The notes beneath the pieces were generated by a model. It was not told the DNA's origin. It saw nothing but the letters and a program-made list of their open reading frames with translations, and searched no databases. A stretch of DNA of 64,000 nt from positions 28,830,001 to 28,894,000 of the forward strand of contig CM074516.1 in the NCBI GenBank assembly GCA_037379345.1, written 5' to 3'. Below, piece by piece: positions 10,865-25,909 of the stretch. Within the stretch, counting starts at the first letter, position 1, and each line of letters opens with the position of its first letter. Source of the DNA: Perna viridis (lineage: Eukaryota). A program made the translations under genes and the position numbers.

Positions 10865-13800
10865 CACTGATATACCACTGATCTACATTATTCCTCCTTT
10901 TACTTTCGAATCCGTTACATGTACCTAAGAAAAAGATAGTTTTCATATTTATAAAAGCTTTCGTATTTTTGTATGAAATATATAAGGTCTTACGAGAAAA
11001 GAGATGACGAAGAAATGATCAATGGAGATCTCATCTAAATAACAGATACAACTGATCATACCCGCCTAAAGAATATGAACACAGAATGATTATTACTTAA
11101 AGAGCTAAGTACAGTCGGTCAGACAGGAAACAATCATGCAGGTAAAACAACCACATCCCAGAGTGTAACGCGTGAAAATGAATCCTAAAGCTCTTAATAC
11201 ACTTCATGTTCGATGCCACACGACGAATCACAATTAACCAAATATAGTATAACATACTACAAGTAAATACCATAAGACAGAGTCTCCATACAGCGCACAT
11301 CTCTGAGGACAACAATAGAAGGAGAGCCCAGCGCCAATAGTCAGTATAAATACAGGAGAGCAGGTCGATAATACGTAAGAATAGTGAGTGCCGAAACTGG
11401 TAAACTATCAAACTGGTAAAGAAGAAACCGAAATCTGAATAACTTTCGCACCACCCATATGATGAAATAATAAGAAAAAAACATATAAATGTTTGTTCCT
11501 TTATCATTGTTCCGTGTACAGTTTGCCATGAGTAAACGTTCCAGGCATGATCTCAGACCACTATGTTAATTCCGTTACTCTCCGGTTGCAGAATCTACTA
11601 GGCCCCTTTACATGCAATAGTGATCACAGAAAGCAAACATTTGGAACAGACTTTGAGGGGTGATTATTTAAATTTATTATTTATTTTTATCTGATTTTTT
11701 TTTTTTTTGGGGGGGGGGAGAAAAATTCTGTTATACAATTTTATATTCTAGTTTATAATGTAAAACATAATACTAAAACATACGTCTGCATGTTCTATCA
11801 GAATAGAAAAAAAACATCTTATGCATGTTGCCAATGTTCAATATACGCAAAATTCTACAATCAATTGATGTATTGGACTCATGCAATACTCAAAATGACT
11901 TTAAACATTCTCGCTAAAACTAACACCGTTTTCTAGAAACGTTTGTTCCAGTGGTTTATTCTACAGCAAAGACGTTTGTGAAAGCCTTTACACTGGACCA
12001 CACGTTCTATAATTATTCTGTATAATCACATGTATGAAAGGTAAACATGTTATCTATCTATGAAATCACCAAACCGAGACAAGAAAGTATTAAAATGTTT
12101 TCAACTTAAATAAGCATATAAAAGACCAAAAATAAAACAACACATTAGTGCCACAACAGAACAAAGACACATTTTTTATTTCACATGAAAACAAGGACAA
12201 AATGTACTTGCTGTAATATATCAATGCAGATAGTATATTGATGTCTTTAGTTAGTTTTGAAAATGTTTTGCCAAATCAAAGATATCGAACACATGTGATA
12301 CTTTTTAAACCTGTAAATATATTCTTGGAACTTATGCATATGCACCCACAGTGTACATAGATACGTGTCATTTTAAAAAGCACACAAAATTACAGGGTGC
12401 TAAGATATTTACAAAATCTTGATCTTTTAATATATATTTTCTATTTGGACTGAATTTAGGAAAATTGATAGTTGAAGGTCCAGATTAGTGAAACTTTGAA
12501 CTGGAATATTTCTACATGCAAATATGCATTGATATTATAAAAATAAACCTACGTTCTTTCATACTTTAAGAATGCACTTAATGTAGTCCCGAGTACTACA
12601 TAAAGCTTTCGATCAACATGGGTTTACGAATATGCATTGAAAACTTATCAAATATTTTAACTGAACATGTATTTGAATCGGAAATATACACGCCTGACAA
12701 ACACTCGGATTCTATAACAATTGCAGATAAGGTGAACTTTGGGTGCAAAATCTCATTGGAATTTGATTAAACTAGGTCAGATCAATAGTATCAATATTTC
12801 GTGTGTTTAAACAATGTCTCATGGAATGATTTATGTATTACCTACGTACGTCACGGTCTTATCTCACTTTTTGTCCACATATGGTCAATAAGCCGTATCT
12901 TCGAAATTTCGGGTATATCTGAAAACCGAAAAGTAACAGTAGATAAAAACGACTCCTTAATGACTGAATTACAATTTACACCAGCTGAACATCTTATCAT
13001 GGCTATTGTCCAGTAAAATGATCAATAATGAAGTCTGGGTCACCGATAAGATTCCTAAAGTGTCAGGTTATCTCTGATTTATTTACTATATCGGAGCAGT
13101 ATAGAGTTTCTTTGCTTAAAAAGGAACACAGGAGACTTTTAAGGTCTTCATGTTTCCGCTTTTGGGACCAGAACAAGCAATTGTAAACTAGGCGAATTTT
13201 ATTTTGTCATGAATTTAATCAGAAAGTGCACTGAATACAAATTTCAATGGTAAAAACAAATTGAGAGCTAGAAACTCACTTTCCAATGGATATTGTGTCA
13301 GTATGTATACTATTTCATAGACTGTGTACAATTGTCTTTTATTTGTTTACATAGAGTGGTCTCTTTAGGGCTCTTTTAAAAGATTTATTCATTGTACTGT
13401 ATTTCAATAACAAACAAAAATTATAATACTTAAAGTTAGCCCAAAATCCTTTTCAAAACCTGGCATCATAGATCACATCAAATACATAATATTATCAATT
13501 GTGAACCGTATTGATAATTATAACATTTATATTCATAAAATTCTGTGTACAGTGATAAAGAATTTCTAGTTGAATTTTATACAAACAAGAACCATCACAG
13601 TTGATAAAACTGTTCGGAGTCGAACTGTCCGAAGTCGATTCTTAGCTGCTAATGACTTACCATACCATGTAAAGTTTTACCAGAAACTAGTTTTGCCTGT
13701 AATACTATGCATGACTGCAATTAAAAGCGGACTTTATAAGCTTTGTAAAAATAGCAAATTTGGCATTTTGAAACAACTGATATTCTCTGATATTCACTTT

Positions 13801-16787
13801 ACTTTCAAAAAAGTTCTACACCATTGTTTATGTGCTAAATGTAAAGGAGTCTTTTAAGTTTTTTTTAACAATGTGATGACCATTCCGGTGGCATTAAAGC
13901 TTTCATCAGGTCTTTGGACTCTTGTACATGCAGGTGTCTGACGTACTGTTTTTGAAGATTATTAATTTTTCAATTACAAGTACAACTTTGTGTCTGATGT
14001 ATGTGATAATTTGTAATATATGAAATTGTAGTTTTTGGTAACTGTATACTTTGATTAATTTTTAAAAACATCAATCATAGGGGATATAAAGGTTATCAAT
14101 CAATCAATCAATTAATCAACCAATTAAACGTGCATGAATTTCTGGAAAAGACTTGCGGTTCTCGCGTTTTCTTCAATAAATCATACCAAATTGTACATAT
14201 ATCTATATATTTAGGGAGAAAATAAAGCGGAAATTTGGGGGAAAGCTGAATATGTAAAATCGAAATAAGACGCAAAATCGTGGTGAAGGAGGACATCGAC
14301 TGACTTACCAAATGGAGTAAGACTCAGCTAAAACGACACAGAAGGAAAGATCTTGTCGTTTGATATGAATCTTGCTGTACTTCGTAAAACACTCGAAGTC
14401 CCATTTTTATCAGTGTTCTGCAAGCTGCTTAGTTCGATTTCACGTATACATAGTTTTTTCGCATTTCTCCGAAGATAACAGAATTCTATTTTTACCAATT
14501 TAATGGTTTGACAATCATCGAATAAATGCCCATTCGATATATACATCGTCCTCTCTCAATTCACTGTGAAGCCTGGTTTTTCTGTGTGTATTATTATAGG
14601 CTTCTTTATATTGACTGCTTTGTTGTCTTCGTTCTTTTTTCTTGGTAATTTCCCCTTGACTTTTGAATTGGTTATTTGGCATTAATCCCGTGTTCTAAAC
14701 TTACATTTTTCATTATGTGCATGAAGAGGAGACGAGCCTTCTACAAAATAAGTGCTGGACTTACGATAGCTGTAAAAATGCTAGAGTTTTAGATATATCG
14801 AAGTTCGGATTTTTCCATGTTTTTTTTATTTGTTTTAGTGTACCGAAGTTCTTCTCTGGCTTCGCTTCAGTCACCAGGAATGTCATATATAAATGTCGGA
14901 AATGAGCTATGATAAGTACCAAAGAGGCTAATTCCGTACCTTAAACTTCAGTGTAAAAGAATATTATTCAGTTCACAGACTGCAGTGTACTTCATGATAA
15001 CGTATATAACTAAGCACATTCTTTAACAGAAAAACACTCAGTTTGAAATTTTATTATTAGAAATAGGTATTTAGTCTTCGTAATGCGTAATAAAAGCACA
15101 ATTTAGGCATATTTAATAGGGTTAACGTTTAATAAATTTTGATTATGGTGCGAATAACTTTGCTATCAAAATATGTAGCCATGCAGAGTTGTGTATTGCT
15201 GACTGATTCATAATTCGTTTTATTTATTTCTAATGCAATAAGTTATTAAATAGAATCTCTTACATATATGACTTTGATGTATATTTAAATACTTATAACG
15301 GAATAGTTGTCACCATTCAGTAAGAAACAGAAGTTGAGGGCGTTACCGTGTCGAGACCTTGACCACATTCACAGCGAAATGAACACCGGCATCATGGGAA
15401 CATCGTGCATATTACGCCCCCATACTGTTAGCGTTTTGTACAATACATTTTAGAACAATCATCTCTACCACAATCTTTTAGTACGAAACCGACCAATCCA
15501 TTTTTTGTTTCTATTATAGGTTCCCAGCCTGTGCGTAGTTGCATTGAGACGTGCTTTGTTGCACATAAATCATTTGAGTGTCTCTACCTATGGACCTCAT
15601 GAAGCAAATGAAGCAACCAATATTGTACTCGTTTCGCCTTGGATACTTGGAAATGCCTCCTTCGTACTTCGATAACAAAATTTTAGTAAATTTTATATAT
15701 GCAAGGCAAACATAAGAAAGAAATTGTTATATATATTCTCAATGCTTGTAGTGGTCTTAGGAGTGAAGGCCAATTCTACAAGTCGGGTCTTGGATTGGCG
15801 AAAAGAGGTTTTTGTTATCAGTTGTAACCCGGAAAAGCTAAATGTGTAACAAACATGTTGCAAAGAAACAAGGTATAAGGAAACACCGTGACATCCAATA
15901 AAAGATGTATCGTTTGAAGTATGTAATTATGAAAAATTCCTAAAATGACCCCTATTGAATTTGAAATTTTCTTATCCCACTAACTTAATTTTCTAATGGA
16001 ATACTGCTCTTGATTGACGACTGATCTTGTTTACTATCAAAATTAATATCATTCAGTCACTTTCAGATTACATTGCGCTTCCTCTTTCCCTGATAATCAC
16101 ACTAAAAAGACAACGAGTATTGAAGCAATAGTTTTGTTTGGGTAGGTAGAAAGATTTATAACATAAATCCTGGAAATTCATCAAAAAAGGCAGGCACAAT
16201 AATTTATTTTTTAAAATTAATCATGTTGTACACTTTCTATATCACACTTAGAATTTATATAATAATGCTCTTATTTTTGGACAGAAATATATGATAGCAA
16301 CATGAAAGTAAATAAGTCAAGCTCTTATTTTAAAGAATATACGAACAACATCAAACAAATGCCATTTGAAAATAAAACAATCAATTGGTATTGACCTACC
16401 ACTCTGTCTGCTGATTCTTTGCAACCTTAACACTGCATTGATTGAGAAATTCTACATTAAAGTGCATGCTATTTATTATATCTATAAGCATAAATTACTT
16501 CTAAATTAAAGTAATCAATGAAACAATTCAAAGAGTGCCATCATGACAGGCTTAAACGACAAGAATAGTCCATCTTCATCAAGAGCATACTAGGTTTCCC
16601 CATATATAGTAAGTTTCTCCTTCTTGAAGCATTGGACACTTGCCCTACCGGAACACCTAATTTTGTTTTAAGTTTAACATGAGACCGAGTTCTTTTGCCT
16701 AGTTTACCGTACTGTTTTCGTCTCTCGTTTTGTTGTATTTAAAACCTTCATTTTTTAATTTTTCTTAATCTGTTCAGTTTTTCTTAT

Positions 16788-17177
16788 TTAAGTAGCTGTC
16801 TTTGGAAGAATCATGCAAAATCTGAAAAATGTGATAAACCACAAAAAAGACTACATATTTTTATTTTTGTAATTAAGTTGTTTTATGGGTTTATAATATG
16901 AAATGTGTAATTATTCATTTAAATCTGCCTGCTCTTTGGAGATAATCAACATTGAAAATCCAATAGATTCTGTTATATTTGAGTGTCATTTACAGAGTTA
17001 ACTCCCTTAATTTTGAAATCTACAGTGCATTTGATATAATTTTTAACTCCTAAGAACACGGGATATATGAAAAACAGAATGTTAATTTCTGTTTGATATT
17101 GCAATTCAATTAAAATATTAAAAAAAATGAAAAATGTAGGCTTTTCATGCATGATTCTTAACTTGAGTGCAACTTAA
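16788..17177 (+). mobile_element. TTAA-bounded MITE, copy A (~390 bp)
   Basis: Imperfect ~30 bp TIRs (TTAAGTAGCTGTC...AAGAATCATGCA vs TGCATGATTCTT...GAGTGCAACTTAA). A full-length homologue lies in inverted orientation at 33668-34048. Confidence 0.75.
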
Positions 17178-20100
17178 CTACCCATTTTACCATTATTCAT
17201 TCAAAGCGAAAAGTAAAACCAAGCTAAAAGATAACTTACTGATATATGTTAAATTGAAAAGAAAATGACACGATCAAATTATCAGATAGTATTTTAAAAG
17301 TATGACTGAATTAAAATTAAGCTGCAGTGGCGGTCTTGTACGTGGAAATATGATACCATTCTGCACAGCACTTGATTGAAGAAACGCCTGCAAGCAGTAT
17401 CTCGTCCTGTCTTGCTCATATAATGTTTCTTGCGGACCAGGATGTGGTTTAATTTATTCTGCTAGTACAATTATGAAAATGCACGATTACGGTATCAAAG
17501 TGGTACACGGAAAACAGACCAGATTAGAATTTATGCAAGATATACAAGTTTTTTTTTTTCATGGCAGGAGTTCGGGCTTTTTTTTGTATAATTGATCATG
17601 TTCTTTATTTAGACCACAATTTAACGAGTGTCAAAACAAGCACAATGTACAGTAATGTTCTGTTTATTTCAGAGAACTAAGATAAAACAACGATAGAAAT
17701 CGTAAGTTTTGAGTTACCAATATTTAATGTTAATAAAAATTCCTATGCTTTCACTTACAACCAAGGATCTTGTGATACCTCTCCGTGTTACTCTTAAAGA
17801 GGTGGTTCGTGTTGGCCATTCACTTTGTTTAACTTTATTTAGTACATTTTTAACGTTTGCGTCTATTGTACTTTGATTTTTGTTTCTTAGGACGTTTGTT
17901 TTTGATGTACGTGTAATGTTACTTGGTAGGTATAAAAGTGTGCTTTACTCTGCTACTATTTTTCGAGGTCTATTGCAATCGTCACTGTTTCGTACATCCA
18001 AATTCCCCGATAGGGAATGTCACTTAAACTCAAATACTATCAAACAGTTCAAACATTCTACGTATGTAAACCCTTTTCTTTGGATTAAGTCGTACTACAC
18101 TGATAGATAAAATAAAGCTATTTAATACTAGTAGGTGTCTTACATTGACGGCTGGTTATGCAGATTATGGTAATATAAATCCATACGTACCTTTACAGAT
18201 TTGCTTTGTAATGGAAAATTCAATATTTTATGGCTAAGTGGAAGAACTTTTGAAATTTGGTTAAGTACATGTATGGCAGTCGAATTATTCGTTGGAATGT
18301 GTACCCGTATGAAACCGTATAAAAAATATCTAGGTCTCAATTATTTCCGTCTTATCTTTTTTTCTATCGATTGTTTTTCTACCAAATATCATAAAAAAAC
18401 AAATAACAATAAAAATAGAACAAAAACAAATAAACAAACAAAAAAATAGAAAATAATTCGTATCTTTGAAATTTTCACGAAAATATGAAGAAAGTAGTTC
18501 TGTCATAACATCACTTCTTCCACAAATTTGTGTATTTGTTTGTTTTTCTGAAAACGATCATTTTCCTATATCGTGGATTGTTTCACATTACTTTCAAATA
18601 AGATATTGAAAGAAAAAATACCGTTTGCAAAACATGAGCCACAGGGTGTTATTTACAACGTGGACAAAACTTAATATAAGACTTAAAACAAAACGCTAAA
18701 CACTGTCGAAAAAAGTAATAATGCCCCGGATAGGAATCCTTGGTTAAGTAACCCAAAGACTTACTTCAAACTAAAACAACTATCACTCTACTAACAGAAT
18801 CCTCGTAATGTATGTTTATGTTAGGCCAGTCAGGGTCAATTTCTTTTACTTTACCAAATAGTAGTATATTTCCGAAGCTTATTGCAGATGGTTCCAAAGT
18901 TAAAGAATTATTGATACTAAAATGAATTTTATCGAGCTGGGACAAAAGTTATTTTGATGGTCAACACATCAATTCAGCCTGCACGCTCATTACATGGTAA
19001 CTTTGTACAATGACATTTACTTGAAAACAACGTTAACTCAACGCAAGCTTGTTTTGAATTACAAAAAAGCCTCACATTGAAAATATACTTATCAGACAAA
19101 ATCAGTTTCCAGACCAAAAAGAAATGTTTATTACGAACAACAACAATATTCATTCTTGTCAAACATAAACTGAAGCGTAAACATTACAGAAAAAAAGTTT
19201 GTCTTTTTTTAAATTTAATTAATGACTCTTTCGTGAACATCAACATGTTCCGAGAGGAATCAGTCATCTGCGTTTACAATCGTGAAAGGAAGACATTTTC
19301 AATATAAGTAAATACATTCATTAATGATTTTTTGTGGGTAATGTAACTAATAACTATTAAGTAGCAATTCAAACGTGCATGTAACACGTAGATGGACACT
19401 AAGTTCTTCGAAGTCTCTTCACTCGTGATTGATGGAACCGTCCGAAAACGATGTCAAGGTGCTTTCAAAGGCGAGAATATGTCAATGTTTTTTCAAATGG
19501 AATTTTAATCATGCATTTAAATAAATTAGCCGGCGTTTGATTTCGACTGCACCTAAATGTTTCAGCTTTTAACTGCTGTTATTGGCGAGGACAGACCGAT
19601 CATTGAAGATTTAAAATCGATCTGTCGTGTTTTTATTGAGCCTGCATTCTTTCATTTAAAGTCCACTTTGTTTATAGTGGTTAAATACATACGGGTTATT
19701 ATTTCATATTAACAATACATAACGGGATTATGTTTCAGTGAGTGATTTGCTATTGAAATATAGGTAAATATAAATATATGTAAAATACGTGGCACGTCCG
19801 AACCTGATTCCGTATTTAGATTACCTATATGTAAATGAGAAATATGGCGTCCCGGATGATTGGGTCCTCGTGTTTTAACTATATGCAAATAGTTTCCCGC
19901 GTATCTGTCAAGTCATTGGAGAGTAGTAGAAGCGAGTTACGACACGCGTTATATATCTAATATACATTCAATACATTCAAATTTAACAAGAGTTCATGAT
20001 ATAGATTTTTGCCGATTTGTCTAACGTATTGATATGAAAGCTTCATTCATCAAATTATTTAACGGTGGGAAACCTTTAAAATAGTTATCTCACACGATTC

Positions 20101-22000
20101 CTTAATGAATATTATGAACGGTTAATGAAAAATTCAATAGTTTGTTATTAAACATTCTTTACTTATTGAACAACCACAGTTAGAACAACAGAGGAAGTAT
20201 GAATTTATTATAACAATTTACATATGTAACTGATAGTCTGAAAAGAAAATAAAGTGAAATTGTCACTTTTCCCTGATGTAGGTCTTCTCAAGCTATAGAG
20301 AGCATGGAGTTCGCTCACAAGAAATTGAAGACACTTACCCCATAGCTAGTATCTTTTTTCTTAAATAATCTTGAATAATTTATGACAGATATTTGAACCA
20401 TTGAAAACAGAGAAAATCCGTTTATTATTTTTTTCGTTCCAGTCACTACGTACTACTACCCAAAAGTCCGTCAACCCTCACATGATCTTGATCCAAACGT
20501 TAACTTATCCAGAATTAAGTCATTTTTTCTCTTTAAGTAAAATTGTAAATCAGCTCGACAGGTGCTTTTAGGGAAGCAACGTACGATTTCCTTTCCGGTT
20601 CATATGGGACGTGCTAGCAGATTTTCGCGGAGTTCTAGCTATTGTCTTATTTCTAGTTTCATTTCGTTTTATTTGATGTAATGTAATACCAGTTTTTAGT
20701 TGTTTTCTATGTGCTTTTGTCTTTTTTTTTCTAGGCTATGGACTTATGAATATAATTTGAACCGTAATTGTCCTTCTATTCGCTAACAAACAGCTTACCT
20801 TTCACCTACGAAAATATGTACTGTCTAATTATAAGTACAAATGTACACTTTGATATTATAGCAAACTGCATTTTTGCAGTTTTTATTATTCATTACTTTT
20901 TAATGATAGATGTGCATATTGAAATCTGAAATTGGTTAACTGATTGAAATCTTTAAAATCATGATTTCATACACTCTAAAGGACAACAACTTGAAAATTA
21001 ATAATATATTGAAATTATAAAATTTTCACGATCTCTCTGCTTTTTAACACTTAAAGATGGCTATATCTTCACGAATATACAGAATGAACTAATTTGCAAA
21101 AAGATGATTTTTTTCCAAATAATACCATAGTTAACATAAAAGTATTGCTGTCATTTACGTGTATATTAAAATCAAGGAACTCCTTAAAAGAAAAGTTCTG
21201 GGTTTTAAAAAGTACTGTCTGTATGCAAACTGTCATTTATAGGTACAATTTATCTTTAAAGGACACAAACGTGATTCAAACTGATGAACAAATTGACGAT
21301 ACGTCATTTTTATTTGATGCTGATTTTTTAAAATGAAAAAAAAACAAAGTTAACAGTACAACTTAAAAAATATTCAATATTGAACTGTGGTACATGTATC
21401 TCTATCACGTTTGTATAAAGCAGTTCATTAACATAGAAACAGTAATGGAAAACCGTTTGTGCCTTAAAAGCGACAGTGATATTTATCGTCTATAATGATT
21501 TAAAAAATACGAAGAAGTAAATGAGAAAAACATTATGAACATCACAATTATAACTCGTAAAAATCCCAGGAATTTAAACAGTTTAAAATACAGTTACCCT
21601 GACCGAAATCACCGAGACAAGGCGTTCGTTATAATTTATTTACAAACAATTTAATTTCTAAAAGGTTATTAACCTATTAAAAAAAACTTGGGTTTTTAAA
21701 ATTTCGGTAACCAATTTTGTTACAATTGTTAAATAGCACTGTGTCCGTAGATTAAAAAATAAGGGCAATGATCTATAAGACCTTAGCCTATTGCTTTTTT
21801 ACATAAATCAAATGTCAATGATAAATGTTCCACCATGCAGATCTATATTTCGAATGATATCGAGGTTTTGTTCTGGACATTTTTATAACATATAGTATGC
21901 ATACTGTGTGAGTTGGATGAACGATAAAAGATACGAAGACAAATATTAGAAAACTTATTCCATTTGTCTGTATCTTGATGAAGTTATTTTGTATTTTATA

Positions 22001-23006
22001 TGAGCAGGAACAAACAAGCAACAATACACCAATAGACATAACAAAACAAACATGCAGGAATGAGCAAGAACAAACAACCCTGAGTACACCAATAGACATA
22101 ACAAAACAAACATGCAGGAATGAGCAAGTACAAAAAACCCTGAGTACACCAATAGACATAACAAAACAAACATGCAGGAATGAGCAAGAACAAAAAACCA
22201 ACAGTACACCAATAGACATAACAAAACAAACATGCAGGAATGACCAAGAACAAAAAACCCTGAGTACAGTAATAGACATAACAAAACAAACATGCAGGAA
22301 TGAGCAAGAACAAACAACCCTGAGTACACCAATAGACATAACAAAACAAACATGCAGGAATGACCAAGAACAAACAACCAGGTGTACACTAATAGACATA
22401 ACTAAACAAACATACAGGAGCGAGCAAGAACAAACAACCCTGAGTACACCAATAGACATAACAAAACAAACATTCAGGAATGACCAAGAACAAAAAAACC
22501 AACAGTTCACCAATAGACATAACAAAACAAACATGCGGGAATGACCAAGAACAAAAAACCCTGAGTACATCAATAGACATAACAAAACAAACATTCAGGA
22601 ATGAGCAAGAATAAACAACCCTGAGTACACCAATAGACATAACAAAACAAACATGCAGGAATGACCAAGAACAAAAACCCAACAGTACACCAAATAGACA
22701 TAATAAAACAAACATGCAGGAATGAGCAAGAACAAAAAAACCAACAGTACACCAATAGACATAACAAAACAAATATGCAGGAATGAGCAGGAATAAACAA
22801 CCCTGAGTACACCAGTAGACATAACAAAACAAACATGCAGGAATGACCAAGAACAAAAAACCAACAGTACACCAATAGACATACCAAAACAAACATGCAG
22901 GAATGACCAAGAATAAACAACCCTGAGTACACCAATAGACATAACAAAACAAACATTCAGGAATGACCAAGAATAAACAAGCAACAGTACACCAATAGAC
23001 ATAACA
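22001..23006. repeat. 60 bp minisatellite, ~16.7 copies
   Basis: Unit TGAGCAAGAACAAACAACCCTGAGTACACCAATAGACATAACAAAACAAACATGCAGGAA repeated head to tail. It explains the cluster of overlapping ORFs at 21815-23002. Confidence 0.97.
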
Positions 23007-25825
23007 CCATTAATGGCTTATCTGTATTTAATCTGAGTTTACTTGAATTGATTCCTATACTTTATGACGGAGACAATGTATCAGAAACATAATGGAAACA
23101 TAGTTAGAAATTCAATTAACAAGAATGGGGAATGCAATAATGGCTGAATGCAATACTTTCGATGATTTATCGGGCATACTTGCATGATTATTAAACATTA
23201 ATCAACGAACAATACGTTTTAACTTAGTTGTACTGAGATATATTGTCAAGATGATGACCAAAGACTTTTGTTCCTAAAATCGTCAAGTTTCAAATATTGT
23301 TCATAGAGGATATCGATCTATTTGGACCCAAAAACCCGGTATCCAGACTTTCGTATTGTTACTGGTATTTTCATTATAGATATAGAAACATATAAACCTT
23401 GATGTCAGTTGTTGATTATACAATTGCAATTGAAAAGCCTCCTTATTGCCATTTTTTACAATCGCCATATCATTCAATATTTATCTAACATTACATTTGA
23501 AGAAAAAAAAAACATGCATAAATTATAGTGCCATTCACCTTGCATTGGACTGGAAAGGACATTAAATAAATGATGGAATAATGTAAAGATTAATCAACTA
23601 AAACATGCATTATGAAGTGTAAAATGCAATGTCTATATAGATTAATTTCACCGAGAAACTTCCACATGACATACTACAATTTATAAATTAGCATTGTTCC
23701 GTGTCTTCCTGGTTCATTAACATGAGATAAAATGAGCCTGGGTAGCTGAGTGATTTGTGTTAAGTTGTCACTTATATTACAGTCGTATCTCCAGTATATG
23801 TACTATTATGTTTTAACGACCTTACGAGTTCATTACGATCGCCGTTTATCGGGATTCTCTTGGTGTGAGTTGTTGTAGGATGGTTCTGAGTCAGTTTTTG
23901 GAAACATGTCCGAAGTACTCGATCAGAGTAATTTCGTAAAATATGTTGTATTAGACTGGATTGCTGTGTTGACGCTCTGATCTATTTTTAACCTCCACAA
24001 ATTTCAGACGATCTTCGAGTTACTAAAACACGAGATTGTATACACACAGCAGCATATTATCAAATGACTTATTTGAATGATAATTATCATAAAAACAAGG
24101 GCATAATACATAAAAATAATTGTATTTTTAAATCGCTAATATTGTTAGCAACCTCTAGCACTCGTGATTTCAGTATTTTACATTCGAATATGATTTACAT
24201 AATTATATATTACTACTCCACATTAAGGTGTTGATCGGTACCGTGTTTACCGTCATAGCTTCATACAAGATCAAAATGTACATCTTACATATCACACACA
24301 TGTGTTTTTGCTTTTATGAGAACGGGAAGTTTACATTAGAAGACGATATGATTGGTTACCATTGAACATTATCCAGTTTCCGATTCAGACACGGGAGTAG
24401 TTACAATTGAATATATAGGACAATTATCAGGGCCCCGATATAACTGCTCCATCGGATCAAATTGAGACAGGGGAAATAATGTAAGCATAGAAGGGTCTGG
24501 ACAAATCCCAACGATGTAAGACCCAATGATCGCTAAAAATTTGAAAGAAACTTGTTCAACGAAAATATTCCTGTAACCAGTTGTTTTTATTGACAAAAAA
24601 AACCATTCGAGTCATCACGGTTATGAAAGAGGAATCATATCGAGAGAACCAAGATTCTAGCGAAAGTCCCCCAATTTAAAGCAAATTGTATTAATGTAAT
24701 TGCATATGTTGAAAGCAAGCAAAACCAGTGGCACAGAATATTTGACGATCGGTAACTTTGAAGACTCCAGTCTATGATTTCGAATTTGACTCACATTTGT
24801 TCTACAAATGTAGATCTAGGTTGAAGTGCAAATGAGAAACTATCAATTATTGAATTAAACACTTTAATCTTTAAAATCTGTAGAAACATCACACCCCTCA
24901 GTATTTATAGGTATTACTTGCTTTAACGAATCTCAATAGTTAGAATTCAATATTCTTGAATATTACATAAAACACTTAAACAGGCTTTGATCAGCTAGGG
25001 CAATGGAACCAATAAATAGATCTAAAAGAACCCCATTAAAAAGAAGATAGAGAGGCTGACACTGATGTTAAGCACAGTAACTACATAAAACATTCTGCAG
25101 CGGCAGCATTTCACAAAGGAAACAAATCATCATTGCAAATCAGTTGGAGTCTAGACGACGATCTCTGTTTAAAAGATTATAAAACCCCCATGACCATCAC
25201 AATCATCAAAATAAATGACACTTTTGTTGAGGTCCTCACAGTCATCGATTTACATTGGTATGGATCTGTGCTATTGGATAACAAAGAAGCTGACTCCATA
25301 ATGAAATTTTAGTGACTTTATGCCAATACCTCAAGGGCAACGAACCTAAGACGAGTCCTTTACCCTTAAATCAAACTTTGATATCTACATTAAACTTCAT
25401 GCCAATAGATTATTATCATCTAACCCTTGAAGATTCACGATATTGTCTTTTACCAGTCAGCACCACATTAAGTGTTATTGTAAAATTCCATCAGAAGAAT
25501 TTGTAGGAACGCTGATTTTATTCTTTTCAATCCGGTGATTAGAATCTGAACAAAAGGCTGAAATATATACTTTAAATGTAGTAATCTATCGATGGAATCA
25601 AGACGAAAGACACATAAAATGTTGGTATATATAAATGATAAAAAAAATGAAACAAGACCAAACGCAATGGAACTATTTTCCGTATACGATTTTGGCTGTG
25701 AAAAGATGTAATGTATCATTGTCGTTTTACCATAATAAGAGTTCTTCAAACATTTTAAATTATATGAGGTATGTTTGGAGATATTATAGGGTTTCATAAC
25801 GAGTGGAAGTTGAAAAGTGCAAAAC

Positions 25826-25909
25826 ATCAACTCAAGTTATTTAATTTCAACATCAAAACAAACTAGCTTCTGAGTGTTATGGTGTTGAAATTAATTAAAG
25901 CGAGTTGAT
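25826..25909. repeat. Imperfect foldback (palindromic MITE-like remnant)
   Basis: ATCAACTC...TTAATTTCAACATCAAAACA pairs with TGTTATGGTGTTGAAATTAA...GAGTTGAT around a ~14 nt loop. Confidence 0.55.

Noticed and set aside
11097-11507. 136 aa hydrophobic ORF on the minus strand
   Set aside because: No recognisable domain or splice partners; hydrophobicity is explained by T-rich sequence.
13875-13920. Second hammerhead-like string on the minus strand (GACCTGATGAAAGC...GCCACCGGAATGGTC)
   Set aside because: Stem II is mismatched and GAAA is absent at the required position; at most a decayed relic.
21815-23002. Seven overlapping ORFs of 125-259 aa
   Set aside because: They are by-products of the 60 bp tandem repeat, appear on both strands in several frames, and are broken by single-base indels.
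22001-23006. CRISPR-like array
   Set aside because: Units are contiguous with no unique spacers, the context is eukaryotic, and there are no cas genes.
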